Below are positions 19,548-29,916 of a stretch of 64,000 nucleotides of DNA, piece by piece. Location of the stretch: the NCBI GenBank assembly GCA_963706955.1, contig CAVPOC010000003.1, positions 64,001 to 128,000 of the forward strand, in the 5' to 3' direction. The stretch comes from an uncultured Verrucomicrobiae bacterium (GTDB lineage: Bacteria; Verrucomicrobiota; Verrucomicrobiia; Chthoniobacterales; Terrimicrobiaceae). Below the pieces are notes generated by a model, which was not told the DNA's origin, did no database searches, and worked only from the letters and a program-made list of their open reading frames with translations. Position 1 is the stretch's first letter. The number at the start of each line of letters is the position of its first letter. Position numbers and translations under genes: made by a program.

Positions 19548-21047
19548 ATGATTTTTCTCGGCATCGACTGCGGCACCCAAAGCACGAAGACTATTGCTCT
19601 GGATTGGGACACTGGCGAAGTCCTCGCTTCCGCGCAACAGGCCTACGGATTCGTTCCCAATTTGCCGGCCGGCGCAATGGAACAAAATCCTCAGGATTGG
19701 GTTGACGCCGCGGAACAATCCATCGGCGAAGTGATTGCCAAACTCGGCTCACGGAAAGAGGAGATTCGCGGCCTCGGAGTGAGTGGGCAACAACATGGAC
19801 TGGTCGTCCTCGACAAGAATGACCAAGTCGTTCGCCCCGCCAAGCTTTGGAACGACACGACCACTGGGGAGCAATGCGACCAGATCACCGAGCATTTCGG
19901 CGGACCAAACGCCGTGATCGCCCTGGTGGGAAATACCATGCGCACCGGCTATACAGCCCCCAAGATTTTGTGGCTGCGTCAGAATGAGCCCGAAAACTGG
20001 AAAAAAACTGACAGTGTCTTGCTGCCGCATGACTACCTCAACTTTTGGTTGACCGGAGTCAAAAGAATGGAATTTGGCGACGCCTCGGGCACGGCGCTGC
20101 TCGACGTGGAAAGCCGGCAGTGGTCCGCGAAGGTCGTCAACTACATTGCGGAGGACCTGCCGGGGAAGCTCCCGCCGCTTGAATCGTCAACAGCTGCGCA
20201 TGGAGATTTGCGCAAAGAACTCTGCCAGAAATGGGGTCTTTCAACGCCACCTGCCGTCAGCGCGGGTGGTGGTGACAACATGATGGCGGCCATCGGCACC
20301 GGCAATATCCAGCCTGGTGTGGTCACGGCAAGCCTGGGAACCTCGGGAACTCTGTTCGCCTTTTCCGCAGTGCCAATCATCGATCCCCGTGGCGAGGTGG
20401 CTGCATTTTGCGACAGTACCGACAATTGGCTGCCGCTTGTTTGCACGCTAAATCTTACGCTTGTCACCGAGCATGTCCGCAAGCTTTTCGGCTGGGATTA
20501 TTCGCGGCTGGAAGAGGAGATTCGTTCGGTGCCGGCCGGCTGTGGTGGCCTTCTTTTGCTCCCCTATCTGACGGGTGAGCGCACGCCCGACTTGCCTAAT
20601 GGGACCGGCGTATTCCACGGTCTGAACCTAGCGAATTTTACACCCGCGTATATGGCTCGCGCGGCCTACGAGGGAGTTACTCTCGGCCTCGGTTATGGTC
20701 TGGCACGCTTCCGCCAACTTGGCATGAATCCTTCGGAAATTCGTCTAACCGGAGGCGGCAGCAACAGCCGCCTCTGGCGGAAAATGTGCGCGGACATCTT
20801 CGGTGTGCCAACGGTTTGCTTGCAGAGCGGAGAAGGCGCCGGCCTTGGCGGCGCCGTGCAGGCAGGATGGGTCTGGAACAAGGAACACGGATCCGACGCC
20901 ACCCTGGCTGAGATTTCTGACCGGTTGATCCAACTCGATGAATCCTCCCGCAACGAACCCGATCCCGACGCAACGGCAATCTACGCCGATTCCTTAGAAA
21001 GAACTTCAGCTATCCTCAAGGCCCTCCACGAACCGAAGTTGATCTAG
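19548..21047 (+). CDS. xylB: Xylulokinase (FGGY family)
   Basis: LGIDCGTQSTK, SGQQHG, KLWNDT, GGGDN, SLGTSG and GERTP motifs. Confidence 0.9.
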   Translation: MIFLGIDCGTQSTKTIALDWDTGEVLASAQQAYGFVPNLPAGAMEQNPQDWVDAAEQSIGEVIAKLGSRKEEIRGLGVSGQQHGLVVLDKNDQVVRPAKLWNDTTTGEQCDQITEHFGGPNAVIALVGNTMRTGYTAPKILWLRQNEPENWKKTDSVLLPHDYLNFWLTGVKRMEFGDASGTALLDVESRQWSAKVVNYIAEDLPGKLPPLESSTAAHGDLRKELCQKWGLSTPPAVSAGGGDNMMAAIGTGNIQPGVVTASLGTSGTLFAFSAVPIIDPRGEVAAFCDSTDNWLPLVCTLNLTLVTEHVRKLFGWDYSRLEEEIRSVPAGCGGLLLLPYLTGERTPDLPNGTGVFHGLNLANFTPAYMARAAYEGVTLGLGYGLARFRQLGMNPSEIRLTGGGSNSRLWRKMCADIFGVPTVCLQSGEGAGLGGAVQAGWVWNKEHGSDATLAEISDRLIQLDESSRNEPDPDATAIYADSLERTSAILKALHEPKLI

Positions 21048-21100
21048 GCTGGTCAAAGACCACGGCTCGCCGGGAAAATTCTTGCAGACACTTTCCTGAA

Positions 21101-21646
21101 ATGCGTCTCGTCCTAGCCGCAACCGGAGCGAGCGGCGCTATCTATCTGCAGCGCTTGATTCATTATTTGGACAGTGCCGAGCACGAACTGCACATTGTCT
21201 TCAGCCCGTACGCAAAGCAGGTCATCAATGAGGAGATCGGCGAACTAAAGCTTCCCGCGGGCATGGTCGAGCATTCCGACAAGAGCATGAATGCCCCCTT
21301 CGCCAGCGGCAGCACGAAGTTCGATGCCATGATCGTAATTCCCTGCTCGATGAGCACGCTTGGTCGCATCGCTCATGGCGTCAGCGAAAGCCTAATCCTG
21401 CGTGCTGCCGATGTGTTCTTGAAGGAACGCCGCAAGCTCATCCTCGTGCCTCGCGAGACCCCGTGGAATCTTATTCACGCTCGCAACGCCCTCGCCGCGA
21501 TCGAGGCCGGTGCAGTCCTTCTGCCCGCCTCCCCCTCGTTCTACACTCGACCAGTCGATCTCGTTGAACTGGCCGACACCGTCGTGTGGCGAATCCTTGA
21601 CCAAATCGGTCTCGACGTTCCCAACGCCCGCCGCTGGAAAGAATAG
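21101..21646 (+). CDS. ubiX: Flavin prenyltransferase
   Basis: TGASGA, ASGS, PCSMSTL, RAADVFLKERRKLILVPRETP and P.FY motifs. Confidence 0.93.
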   Translation: MRLVLAATGASGAIYLQRLIHYLDSAEHELHIVFSPYAKQVINEEIGELKLPAGMVEHSDKSMNAPFASGSTKFDAMIVIPCSMSTLGRIAHGVSESLILRAADVFLKERRKLILVPRETPWNLIHARNALAAIEAGAVLLPASPSFYTRPVDLVELADTVVWRILDQIGLDVPNARRWKE

Positions 21647-21681
21647 CTCGCCAACGATACCGCGATCTCCACGTGCTCTAG

Positions 21682-21739
21682 CTAGCGGCCGCGTCCCCAC
21701 GGCCGAGAGACCCCCGGCGATGGGGACATCGCCGCGACA
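21682..21739. repeat. REP/REPIN-like inverted doublet
   Basis: CTAG-CGGCCGCG-TCCC-CACGGCCG ... CGGCGATG-GGGA-CATCGCCG-CGACA. Confidence 0.7.
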
Positions 21740-21806
21740 GCATCTGCTCAAGCTCGTCTCAAACTGCTCGCTGGATTATTTCGGGCGGGCCGATCATCAT
21801 TCGCCA

Positions 21807-22511
21807 ATGCTTGATGTCATCGAGAAGCTGCTCACCTTGCAGGATCGAGACCAGCGCCTTCGCAGCTTCCAAACCGAGATCGTCCACTTGCCCGAAGAGC
21901 GAAGGGCACGCGAAAAGCAGCTCGCCGACTCCGCCACTCGGCTCGAGAAGGCAAAAACCCGCGCCAGAGAGATAGAGATTGAGAAGCGGAATCTGGAAAT
22001 CGAAGCAGGGACCAAGCGCGACGCCATCGCCCGCTACAAGCAACAACAACTCCAAACGCGCAGAAACGAGGAATATTCCGCCCTCGCCCACGAAATCGAA
22101 GCTGCCGAAAAGACTGTCACCGCGCTCGAAGATCGCGAACTCGATCTCATGGAGGAACTCGAAACTCTCCACCCGCAAATCGTCGCCGCCGAAAAAGCCC
22201 ATGCCGAGGAACGCAGCAAAATTGAACACCTCCTGGCCGGGCTGGAGAGCAAAAAATCCAACCTGGAAACCCGGATTGCAGAACTCAAAAGCGAACATGA
22301 CCGGCTCGCCGAGCTTCTCGACGAAAGCGTCCGCGACGTCTACCTCCACCTCTTCAGAACCAAGCACGGGCTCGCTGTCGCCACCCTCGAACATGAAGTC
22401 TGCATGGGCTGCCACATGAAAGTCACCGCCCAGACCGCCGTCCAGGTCCGAGCAGCCAGAGGCATTATCCATTGCCCTCAGTGCGGCCGCATCCTCTACC
22501 TGCCCGCCTAG
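21807..22511 (+). CDS. Coiled-coil protein with C4 zinc ribbon (DUF164 / CT398-like)
   Basis: Long coiled coil, EYSALAHEI, and C-terminal CMGCHM...CPQCGRILY. Confidence 0.9.
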   Translation: MLDVIEKLLTLQDRDQRLRSFQTEIVHLPEERRAREKQLADSATRLEKAKTRAREIEIEKRNLEIEAGTKRDAIARYKQQQLQTRRNEEYSALAHEIEAAEKTVTALEDRELDLMEELETLHPQIVAAEKAHAEERSKIEHLLAGLESKKSNLETRIAELKSEHDRLAELLDESVRDVYLHLFRTKHGLAVATLEHEVCMGCHMKVTAQTAVQVRAARGIIHCPQCGRILYLPA

Positions 22512-22669
22512 CCTCCCAAAAAACCTCAACTTTTTGCGTTGACACGCCAACCAAAGCCCTTAAAAACGCTGCCTTGAAAAACGACTGAACTGGTCGTTAT
22601 TAGAAAAAAGGTTGGAGCAGGGCAGGTGGTCCGCAATTTGCTGACCTGGCCCAAAACAAAGGAAACAAA

Positions 22670-24094
22670 ATGAAGGAAAAGAAAGTGCTCAGGGGTTTGG
22701 TGGCGCTGGGAATTGCGTGGAGTATTCCGGTGGCGGTGCAAGCGGGGCAGTCCTCGTCAGCAAGCGAATCGAAGAAGGCGGGATCAGCTCTGGAGAGTTG
22801 GTGGAACGGGAAGTATGCCTCGGGGAACTGGTTTGGCGTTCGCGACACGCTGGAAGACCATGGGTTGAAGTTGGGTGTGGAGTGGAAAGCCAATTTCCTC
22901 TGGAATGTCGATGGCGGTTTGCAACAGCGTTTCGGGTATGATGATGAGTGGAAATTCCGCGCAACTCTGGACTTTGCGAAGGCTACTGGATGGGAGGCCA
23001 TCGAGGGGCTGAGCCTTTACTCGGACCTGCGCTATCGCGGCGGAGCTGGCGTCAACAAGTGGGTTGGGGCGAGTAGCCAATTTGCACCGAGCACGTTCCA
23101 GGGCGGCCGACTCTGGCGCTTTCAGCAGGTTTATCTAACCTACATCACACCGGAGCTCTTCGGCATAAAGGAGTTTCTCACCCTCTCAGGCGGCTGGCAA
23201 AATCCGACCGATATCTTCATCAATCAGCCTCTAAATAAATTCTTTATCAACAATACCTTTACCTCCAATCGAGGAATTGGAGCGAACGGCATCGGGTGGG
23301 GCGGCAGCTACTCAGCGTGGGGTGGCTACATTAAGGTGAAGCCACTCGATTGGTATTACCTTCAGAGTGGTTTATACATGGCGATTCCGGACGCGAGCAC
23401 CCCGTCCAATCACGGCCTATTCTTTGCCGGTGCGCAACCTCCCGAGCGCAACGGTTTCTTCTGGCTAACCGAGACGGGTTTTACGCCGAAGATCGGGCCC
23501 TCCCAGCTTCCCGGGCGTTACGCGGCCGGGTTCATGTATTGGGGCGCGGACAACACCACCTCGTTTTTCGGCCAACCTTACGACCAACGACTGCTCTGGT
23601 ATTGGCAAGTGGACCAGCAACTTTACCGCGAACCCTCTCGGGAGTCTGCACAGGTCGTAGTGACGGCACCATCAGATGGCAAGTCGGTGACGGATGGTAA
23701 AAGCATTCAGGAGGTGAAGCCCTCGAAACCGAAGCTAAGTGAACAGGGGTTGTATTTCTTCAGCCTGATAAATTTTGCCCCAAAGTACAACAACGCATTG
23801 CCATTCTATTTCCACACTGGTCTGGTTTATAAGGGCTTGATTCCGGGTCGGGATCAGGACCAAGTAGGCGTCGCCTTCGCTTATGGCAATTACAGCTACT
23901 ACAAACAGATCGCTGACGAGGATAGAGGACGGACGCCGCAGATCTATGAAGCGGTGCTTGAGTTTGACTACCGCATCCAAGTGAACAAGTGGCTCTACGC
24001 CCAACCGGTGGTCCAATACATTATTCGGCCAAACGGTACGGGACTGGTGGAAAACGCCACTGTTCTCGGGTTCCAATTGGGCCTGATCTTCTGA
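22670..24094 (+). CDS. Carbohydrate-selective porin (OprB family)
   Basis: Signal peptide, GNWFGVRDTLEDHG, GLIPGRDQDQVGVA and QPVVQYIIRP motifs, C-terminal Phe. Confidence 0.88.
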   Translation: MKEKKVLRGLVALGIAWSIPVAVQAGQSSSASESKKAGSALESWWNGKYASGNWFGVRDTLEDHGLKLGVEWKANFLWNVDGGLQQRFGYDDEWKFRATLDFAKATGWEAIEGLSLYSDLRYRGGAGVNKWVGASSQFAPSTFQGGRLWRFQQVYLTYITPELFGIKEFLTLSGGWQNPTDIFINQPLNKFFINNTFTSNRGIGANGIGWGGSYSAWGGYIKVKPLDWYYLQSGLYMAIPDASTPSNHGLFFAGAQPPERNGFFWLTETGFTPKIGPSQLPGRYAAGFMYWGADNTTSFFGQPYDQRLLWYWQVDQQLYREPSRESAQVVVTAPSDGKSVTDGKSIQEVKPSKPKLSEQGLYFFSLINFAPKYNNALPFYFHTGLVYKGLIPGRDQDQVGVAFAYGNYSYYKQIADEDRGRTPQIYEAVLEFDYRIQVNKWLYAQPVVQYIIRPNGTGLVENATVLGFQLGLIF

Positions 24095-24305
24095 CCTTGC
24101 GACGCCAACCGTAATCGCCATTTCCCCATGAAAAGTTGCGCAATTCTTTGGCGCTCAAAACCGCAATTTTGCGCGCGCGGACCTTCCCAAGAGTGCCAGC
24201 TTCCCGGACCGTTTTGCCCTGGAAAAATAATCGTTAGGCCTGCGCATTAGCCATTGCAATAAATGAGCTTCCAATGTTTGGTGGCGACACACCAAAAAGG
24301 AGGTT

Positions 24306-25103
24306 TTGATGGACTACGTGGCCGATAGCCAGATAACCGATCGATTCAACGCCGGTCGGCAAGATGTGCACGACTTGATTGCTCCCTTGATCGAGCTGTC
24401 GGCGCGATCGTCCTCGCTCATCGTCGGCTACGGCGCACCGGAAAACGGCGGTCGTAGTGAGATGATCCCGTATTTCCACGTCTGCGGGACGCCTGCCGAC
24501 AAGCAACCTCTGCGCGTTCTGGTGATTGGGGGCTGGGTCGGGACCGAAGTCATCACGCCCTATGCTATCGCGCGGCTTCTTGTCGCTTTGGAATCGCGCC
24601 TCCGTTTGGCGGCAGGAATCGAAATCACGGCCTATCCAGTGGCAAATCTCGAAGCCCATCGACAAACCGTGTTTCTAACTAGCAAGCAGCAGTCAGACGG
24701 AGTGGGCTGTTGGGAGAACTCCAAGTGCGATCACGTCCAGGTTCTCGAGCGCGAATTGGAACGCTACAGTTACGAAGCGATTTTCTTGTTACGCCAAAAT
24801 CCACGTGCCCTTGATGCTGATGTCGAAGCCTGGTTGGCGGAAGACGAACAAAAGGCGGCACTTTCCGACGCGCTCAAGCGCTACGCGTCGACCAGCCCAC
24901 TTTTCCGATGGCGGGCCAATCCGGTTCGTCCTACTTACAGCCGCACTTTCACCCCGATTCCAAATCGCGATCGACAGCCCGCCGAAATCATTATTGGGCT
25001 GCCGGGAGCATTGAATGCGGAGCAGCAAGCTCAGGAAAGCATGGCGCTAATCTTGAGCCTTTCTCACGCGATGCGCCAGGCCCGCGCCGAAGGCGTCCTT
25101 TAG
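24306..25103 (+). CDS. M14 carboxypeptidase/ASTE-like fold protein with degenerate zinc ligands
   Basis: Strong SD AGGAGG; RVLVIGGWVGTE...YPVAN...W.NS...VQVLERELERYSYEAIFLLR follows the M14 layout. Confidence 0.55.
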   Translation: MMDYVADSQITDRFNAGRQDVHDLIAPLIELSARSSSLIVGYGAPENGGRSEMIPYFHVCGTPADKQPLRVLVIGGWVGTEVITPYAIARLLVALESRLRLAAGIEITAYPVANLEAHRQTVFLTSKQQSDGVGCWENSKCDHVQVLERELERYSYEAIFLLRQNPRALDADVEAWLAEDEQKAALSDALKRYASTSPLFRWRANPVRPTYSRTFTPIPNRDRQPAEIIIGLPGALNAEQQAQESMALILSLSHAMRQARAEGVL

Positions 25104-25112
25104 AAGGGGCGC

Positions 25113-25175
25113 TATCGCGACGGTGTCCCCACCGTCGAGGATCTTCCCCAGCGGCGCTCGGACGCCGCCGCGACA
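25113..25175. repeat. REP/REPIN-like inverted doublet
   Basis: TATCG-CGACGGTG-TCCC-CACCGTCG-AGG ... AGCGGCG-CTCGGA-CGCCGCCG-CGACA just after a stop codon. Confidence 0.7.
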
Positions 25176-25446
25176 ACGCGAGCGGCGATGCTTGTCGCCG
25201 ATGATTCTCGAAAGCCTTAAAACTCGACGCTCCGCACCTTTACTGCAGTGCGCGAGTTCCCGTCGAAAGACGGATGGAGTGCAACTGCGTTCGAATCCAT
25301 CGATCCGTCCAGATTGACTCTCCCACCGCAGCCAGAGCAGGTGAGAATAAGAAAGACAAAGATCGAAGCAGCACCAACCTTGCACATCGTGCGAACCCTA
25401 GCCGTACTGGAATCGATCTGTCGGCGCCATCGACAGGATGTGGACG

Positions 25447-25510
25447 ATATGTCGAAGAAATCGAACAATATCGACATATGAGGCACCTAATGGTCCCATC
25501 ATCGACATAT
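25447..25510. repeat. Three copies of 9-mer TCGACATAT (one inverted) at the Fic gene 3' end
   Basis: ATATGTCGA 25447-25455; TCGACATAT 25471-25479 and 25502-25510. Confidence 0.6.
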
Positions 25511-26592
25511 TATTCGGTTAGGACCGCGAGAAGCGCCGGGTTTTTGTAGAGAACCTCACGACCCTGTTTCTCGGCGGTCAGAACTCCGACTTTCTCCAAT
25601 TCCCTAAGATATTCTGAAGCGGTCTGCCGTTTGGCGATGCCCGCTTCAACCAGGAACTGGATCTTGCAATAGGGCTGGGTAAAGACCAGTTCCACCAGTT
25701 CCTTGGAATAAACTTTGGAGGGGAGCCTGGCACGGCATCGAGCTAACGTTTGCTCAAAGAGATCGCGAATCGCCACGATGCGTCCCGTCGTCCACTCTGC
25801 AGTTTCTTCGACGGCCGCGAGCATGAAAAGCAGCCAATCCTCCCATTGAGCGCGTTCGGTAACCCCACGTAGCAGGCGGTAGTAATCCAGCTTGTTCTGG
25901 ATGAGGTGTCGGCTGAGGTAGAGAACCGGGATCCGGAGCAAGCCGGTCTGAAGCAAGAAGAGAATATTGAGAATGCGGCCGGTGCGGCCATTGCCGTCCG
26001 TAAACGGGTGGATCGCTTCGAATTGATAATGAGTGACGGCCATGCGCACCAATGGATCGAGCTCATCCTCAGCGAGCAGGAACTCCTCGAGATTGCGCAA
26101 TTTTTCGAGAACCACTGTGCCCCCGGTCGGCGGAGTATAAGTGATCGTCCTCGAGGTGGGATTGCCAACGTAGACGTTGTTATCTGTGCGGAAAGTGGCC
26201 CTTTCGTCCCGCAAAATTCCGCAAAGGTCTTTGAGGAGTTCCAAACGAAGAGGCTCTCGCTGCAAAGCCTCGCTTCCATGGCGCAAGGCCGTGCGATAAC
26301 GCAAGACCTCCTTCGTGGCGAGATCGGTGTTGCGACCCTCATCAATGGCGGCCTGAAAGAGGGCGTCCTGGGTAGTGACGATATTCTCGATCTCAGAGCT
26401 GAGTTTCGCCTCCTGGAGCGGAATGGCATTGATGAGAATGGCCTGATTCGGGATCAGGTCACCCGCTCCTTTGAGCTCGGCTAATGCTCGGTTCGCCGCA
26501 ACACACTTCTTCAACACAGCCCTGGTCTCCAATTCGCAGGCAGGGGGAAGCAGCGGCAGATTATTGTAAGGCTGCCTGGGATCGAAGCTCAT
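25510..26592 (-). CDS. fic: Class II Fic-family AMPylase with C-terminal winged HTH
   Basis: HPFTDGNGRTGR catalytic motif, SSEIEN inhibitory motif, C-terminal AKRQTASEYLRELEKVGVL. Confidence 0.93.
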   Translation of the reverse strand: MSFDPRQPYNNLPLLPPACELETRAVLKKCVAANRALAELKGAGDLIPNQAILINAIPLQEAKLSSEIENIVTTQDALFQAAIDEGRNTDLATKEVLRYRTALRHGSEALQREPLRLELLKDLCGILRDERATFRTDNNVYVGNPTSRTITYTPPTGGTVVLEKLRNLEEFLLAEDELDPLVRMAVTHYQFEAIHPFTDGNGRTGRILNILFLLQTGLLRIPVLYLSRHLIQNKLDYYRLLRGVTERAQWEDWLLFMLAAVEETAEWTTGRIVAIRDLFEQTLARCRARLPSKVYSKELVELVFTQPYCKIQFLVEAGIAKRQTASEYLRELEKVGVLTAEKQGREVLYKNPALLAVLTE

Positions 26593-26762
26593 GACTACAA
26601 CTTGGCGAAAGCGCTGAGAAAGTCCGATAAAAATTGCCGGCCACACGCACCAGAGACCGCCAATCGATCACCAACGCAAGGCGATCGCCGCGGACAAATG
26701 CTTTCAAAGAGCCCAAGGCTGGGCATTATCCCATCCTGCCGTCGTGAGAAACCGAAGCCAAG

Positions 26763-28095
26763 GTGGCAACTGAGAACACAAACGAGCTCCCGACGAGTAG
26801 CACCTCCGGGGTGTCGGTGCAGAAACCTACCTTTGTCGAAGCGCTGCGTTTCTGGCTCAAGCTCGGATTTGTGAGCTTCGGCGGACCCACGGGCCAGATC
26901 GCCATCATGCATGCCGAGTTGGTCGAGAAGAGACGGTGGATAAGTGAAGAGAGGTTTTTACACGCGCTGAATTTTTGCATGCTCTTGCCAGGACCAGAGG
27001 CGCAACAGCTCGCCATCTACATCGGCTGGTCTCTTCACGGAACGTGGGGCGGCGCTGTAGCCGGTGGCCTGTTTGTCCTGCCAGCGGCATTAATTCTCTG
27101 GCTCTTGAGCTGGCTCTATGTGGCGGCAGGAGACGTCGGCTGGATCAAGGCCATCTTTTACGGGCTGCAGCCCGCTGTTGTGGCGATCGTTGCCATTGCT
27201 ATTCTGCGAATCGGTAGGAGGGCTTTACGAATTGCTTTTTCCTGGTTGGTGGCAGCACTCGCGTTCGTAGCAATCTTTTTCTTCAAGACACCATTTGGGA
27301 TGATAATTCTCGCAGCGGCATTCTTGGGTCCCCTGGCCAGCCATTTAGTGCCCGGCCTGTTTTCGGCTGGAAATCATCACCACCCTTCGCCGAAACGTCC
27401 GCAGGAGCAAGATCGCGCGCGCGCGACGTGGCGTATGCTTCGCGTCGCCGCCATTTGTCTCGGACTATGGATTGCGCCAATTCTTGTTGCTGGAATGACC
27501 CGCGGGTGGACCGACATACTCGTTCAACAGGGGATCTTCTTCAGCAAGGCAGCGCTGATTACTTTCGGAGGAGCTTACGCTGTTCTTCCGTACGTCGCGC
27601 AGCAGGCGGTGGAACATTATCACTGGCTGAACACTACACAAATGATGGCCGGACTTGCCCTGGCCGAAACGACTCCCGGCCCACTCATCATGGTGCTCCA
27701 ATTCGTCGGCTTCATCGGAGCTTGGCAGAACCCCGGAGAATCTATCTCCACTGCTCGCAGCAACACTAGGAGCAGCCATCACTACCTGGTCGACTTTCCT
27801 GCCGTGTTTTCTTTTCATTCTCGTCTTTGCGCCATTGGTAGATCGTGTTCGGCATCTCCAGGCGCTTGATGCCGCTCTTTCAACGATCACCGCTGCCGTA
27901 GTGGGAGTGATCCTGAACCTTGCGGTATGGTTCGGTCAGCACGTTCTCTTTCCGCTCGGTCGGCCTGACTTCTATGCGATCTTCCTCGCCCTCTTGTTTT
28001 TTCTCGGGCTCTGGCGAGGCAAATGGGAGATCATCCCCGTGGTGTTCGCCGGCGGTCTGCTTGGCCTCGTCGGCAAATTGCTACTTGGCCTTTGA
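26763..28095 (+). CDS. chrA: Chromate ion transporter (long-chain CHR), frameshift near 27738
   Basis: KLGFVSFGGPTGQI, LLPGPEAQQL, TFGGAYAVL and ETTPGPLIMV motifs; two ORFs join by a 1-nt shift. Confidence 0.92.
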
Positions 28096-28263
28096 CGATA
28101 AGTGTCGATCGTTTAGGGGGAACGGCCACGGCAAGTTGAGAAACTGCAGATGCGTTTCTACGAAAGGCCTGCGGCTTGGCGAAGACGCTTGACACAAGCG
28201 CCTGACAACCCACTCGTTCCGGCTATCTAAGTCTCTTCCACTGTCGGCCGAGCGATCTGAAAC

Positions 28264-29634
28264 TTAGTTTTCCGACCTTTCGATCGCATTCGCCATCAGA
28301 TCGAAGATCTGAGTGTTGTCGAGAAAGCCGCGCACCTCTTCGCTTCCCGGTCCCTCACCCACAAGCCAAACGTCGCCCCCGGTATGCAATGCTGAGCTGA
28401 ATGGAAGAAGCGCCGGCTGCGCGTAATCGACATCGGTTTCCAGGATGGCTTCCTTGACAGAATACATTGGCTCTCCGGGGCGCGTGATGTTGCGAGTTCG
28501 TGTAGTGGCAGCCTTGCGATCCGCGCCCGGCCCGCTCGCCCAAGTAAAGTAACTTGTCCCCACGAGCGGATGCGTCCCGAGGAGACTTTCGCCGCGAAGC
28601 CAGAGCGGGGCCAGCGGACCGTTAAACGAGAATCCACCGGTATTGTGGTCGGTGGTGGCGAGGAGGAGCGTGTTCGCACCCAAATTTTTCCGCAGCCACT
28701 CGATGGTCGCATCGAGTTCGAGGACTTCGATAAACGCTCGTTTGGCGTGGTTCAAATGAGCGGCCTTGTCCGGCAGGCCCGCCTCGACCACCAGGAGAAA
28801 TGGTCGTCCCCGTGCCCGCAAGAGGCTCACAGCTCGCTCGACCATATCTTTGAGCCGTAATGTTCTCGTGCCATCTGCAAAAAACGGGAAAGCGTCCGCG
28901 TAGAAAACGCCGAGTATCGGTCTGACCGCACCGCCACCCTCCTCCGTGTAATTCTGAAAGTCCGCCCAATTCTGGAATACGGCGAGCGGTAGGTGCGCCA
29001 GCTTTTCCTGGGTCTGCTGCACGATGTTCCGCTCACCGGCCTTGTAGATCACAGTGGGATCCTTCACGCGATCAAAGAACCATTTTGCTCCTCCGCCGAG
29101 CACGATGTCCCAGCGCGCAGTCACCTGATCTATGATCTTGAAGGCAATAACCTCGTGTTGGTTGCGATTGGGATGCTCAACGAGAAATGCCGCGGGCGTC
29201 GCGCCGGTCACCGAATCATCCGTAACCAGGCCAGTGGACCAGTTCGCCTTCTTGGCAAGATCGAGAATACTGGGAGGTGATGAGGGGGCTCCTGGATGGG
29301 CCATTCCGATGACCCGATTGTCCGCCTTGATACCTCTGGCCAGGGCGGTAGCCGCCGCCCCAGAGTCAGTCACTATGTCAGAGCTGGAAGAAGTCCGCAC
29401 AAAGGCCGTGTGCGGAAACTCCTCCAAGGCAAGCCGACCTTCCGCGCCCAGAGAATAGGCGCGCGCGGCCGTGATCAACTCGAGCGACGTTCCATCGGCG
29501 ATGACCAGCACAATCCCGTCCAGTGTTGCCCGTGCCTTTGACGCCAGAACCGAGATGAGGAACGCCAGAACAAGGTACCGCCGAGCCGTTGCGCCTATCG
29601 CAGACACAGGTGAGTTTGGCGGCGACCAACTCAT
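28264..29634 (-). CDS. phoA: Alkaline phosphatase (PhoA family)
   Basis: IADG, TDSGAAAT (catalytic Ser), ATPAAF, VEAG.PDKAAH, TTDH and HTG metal ligands; signal-like N-terminus; start uncertain. Confidence 0.88.
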   Translation of the reverse strand: MSWSPPNSPVSAIGATARRYLVLAFLISVLASKARATLDGIVLVIADGTSLELITAARAYSLGAEGRLALEEFPHTAFVRTSSSSDIVTDSGAAATALARGIKADNRVIGMAHPGAPSSPPSILDLAKKANWSTGLVTDDSVTGATPAAFLVEHPNRNQHEVIAFKIIDQVTARWDIVLGGGAKWFFDRVKDPTVIYKAGERNIVQQTQEKLAHLPLAVFQNWADFQNYTEEGGGAVRPILGVFYADAFPFFADGTRTLRLKDMVERAVSLLRARGRPFLLVVEAGLPDKAAHLNHAKRAFIEVLELDATIEWLRKNLGANTLLLATTDHNTGGFSFNGPLAPLWLRGESLLGTHPLVGTSYFTWASGPGADRKAATTRTRNITRPGEPMYSVKEAILETDVDYAQPALLPFSSALHTGGDVWLVGEGPGSEEVRGFLDNTQIFDLMANAIERSEN

Positions 29635-29916
29635 CTTCGCCGCGGGAACCCAGCCCCCAATCCCCCCATATCTATTCTCATCATGATGATAGGTTCTGTT
29701 TATCGGCCGCTCGGAGACAAAAGTCCTGTGACAAAATCGCCACAATCGTCGGCGTACTCTCAGTGAGCGATCAACACCCCTCGCTTGGCGTTGTGTTGGC
29801 TCACGGCAGTAGAAGAAACTATGCAGCCGTAATCGGACGACCGTTGTAGGGCGCTTGGCACAAGCGTTTACAAGTCAGATTCATCGACGTTCCTATCCAA
29901 CAACACTCGAAACTGC

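Noticed and set aside
21101..21646. ubiX without an adjacent ubiD as a novel system
   Set aside because: Unlinked ubiX genes are common; the partner decarboxylase is probably elsewhere in the genome.
25248..25481. 77-aa ORF convergent with fic as an antitoxin
   Set aside because: The Fic already carries its own inhibitory SSEIEN motif; the ORF has no clear SD or family features and runs through the repeat array.
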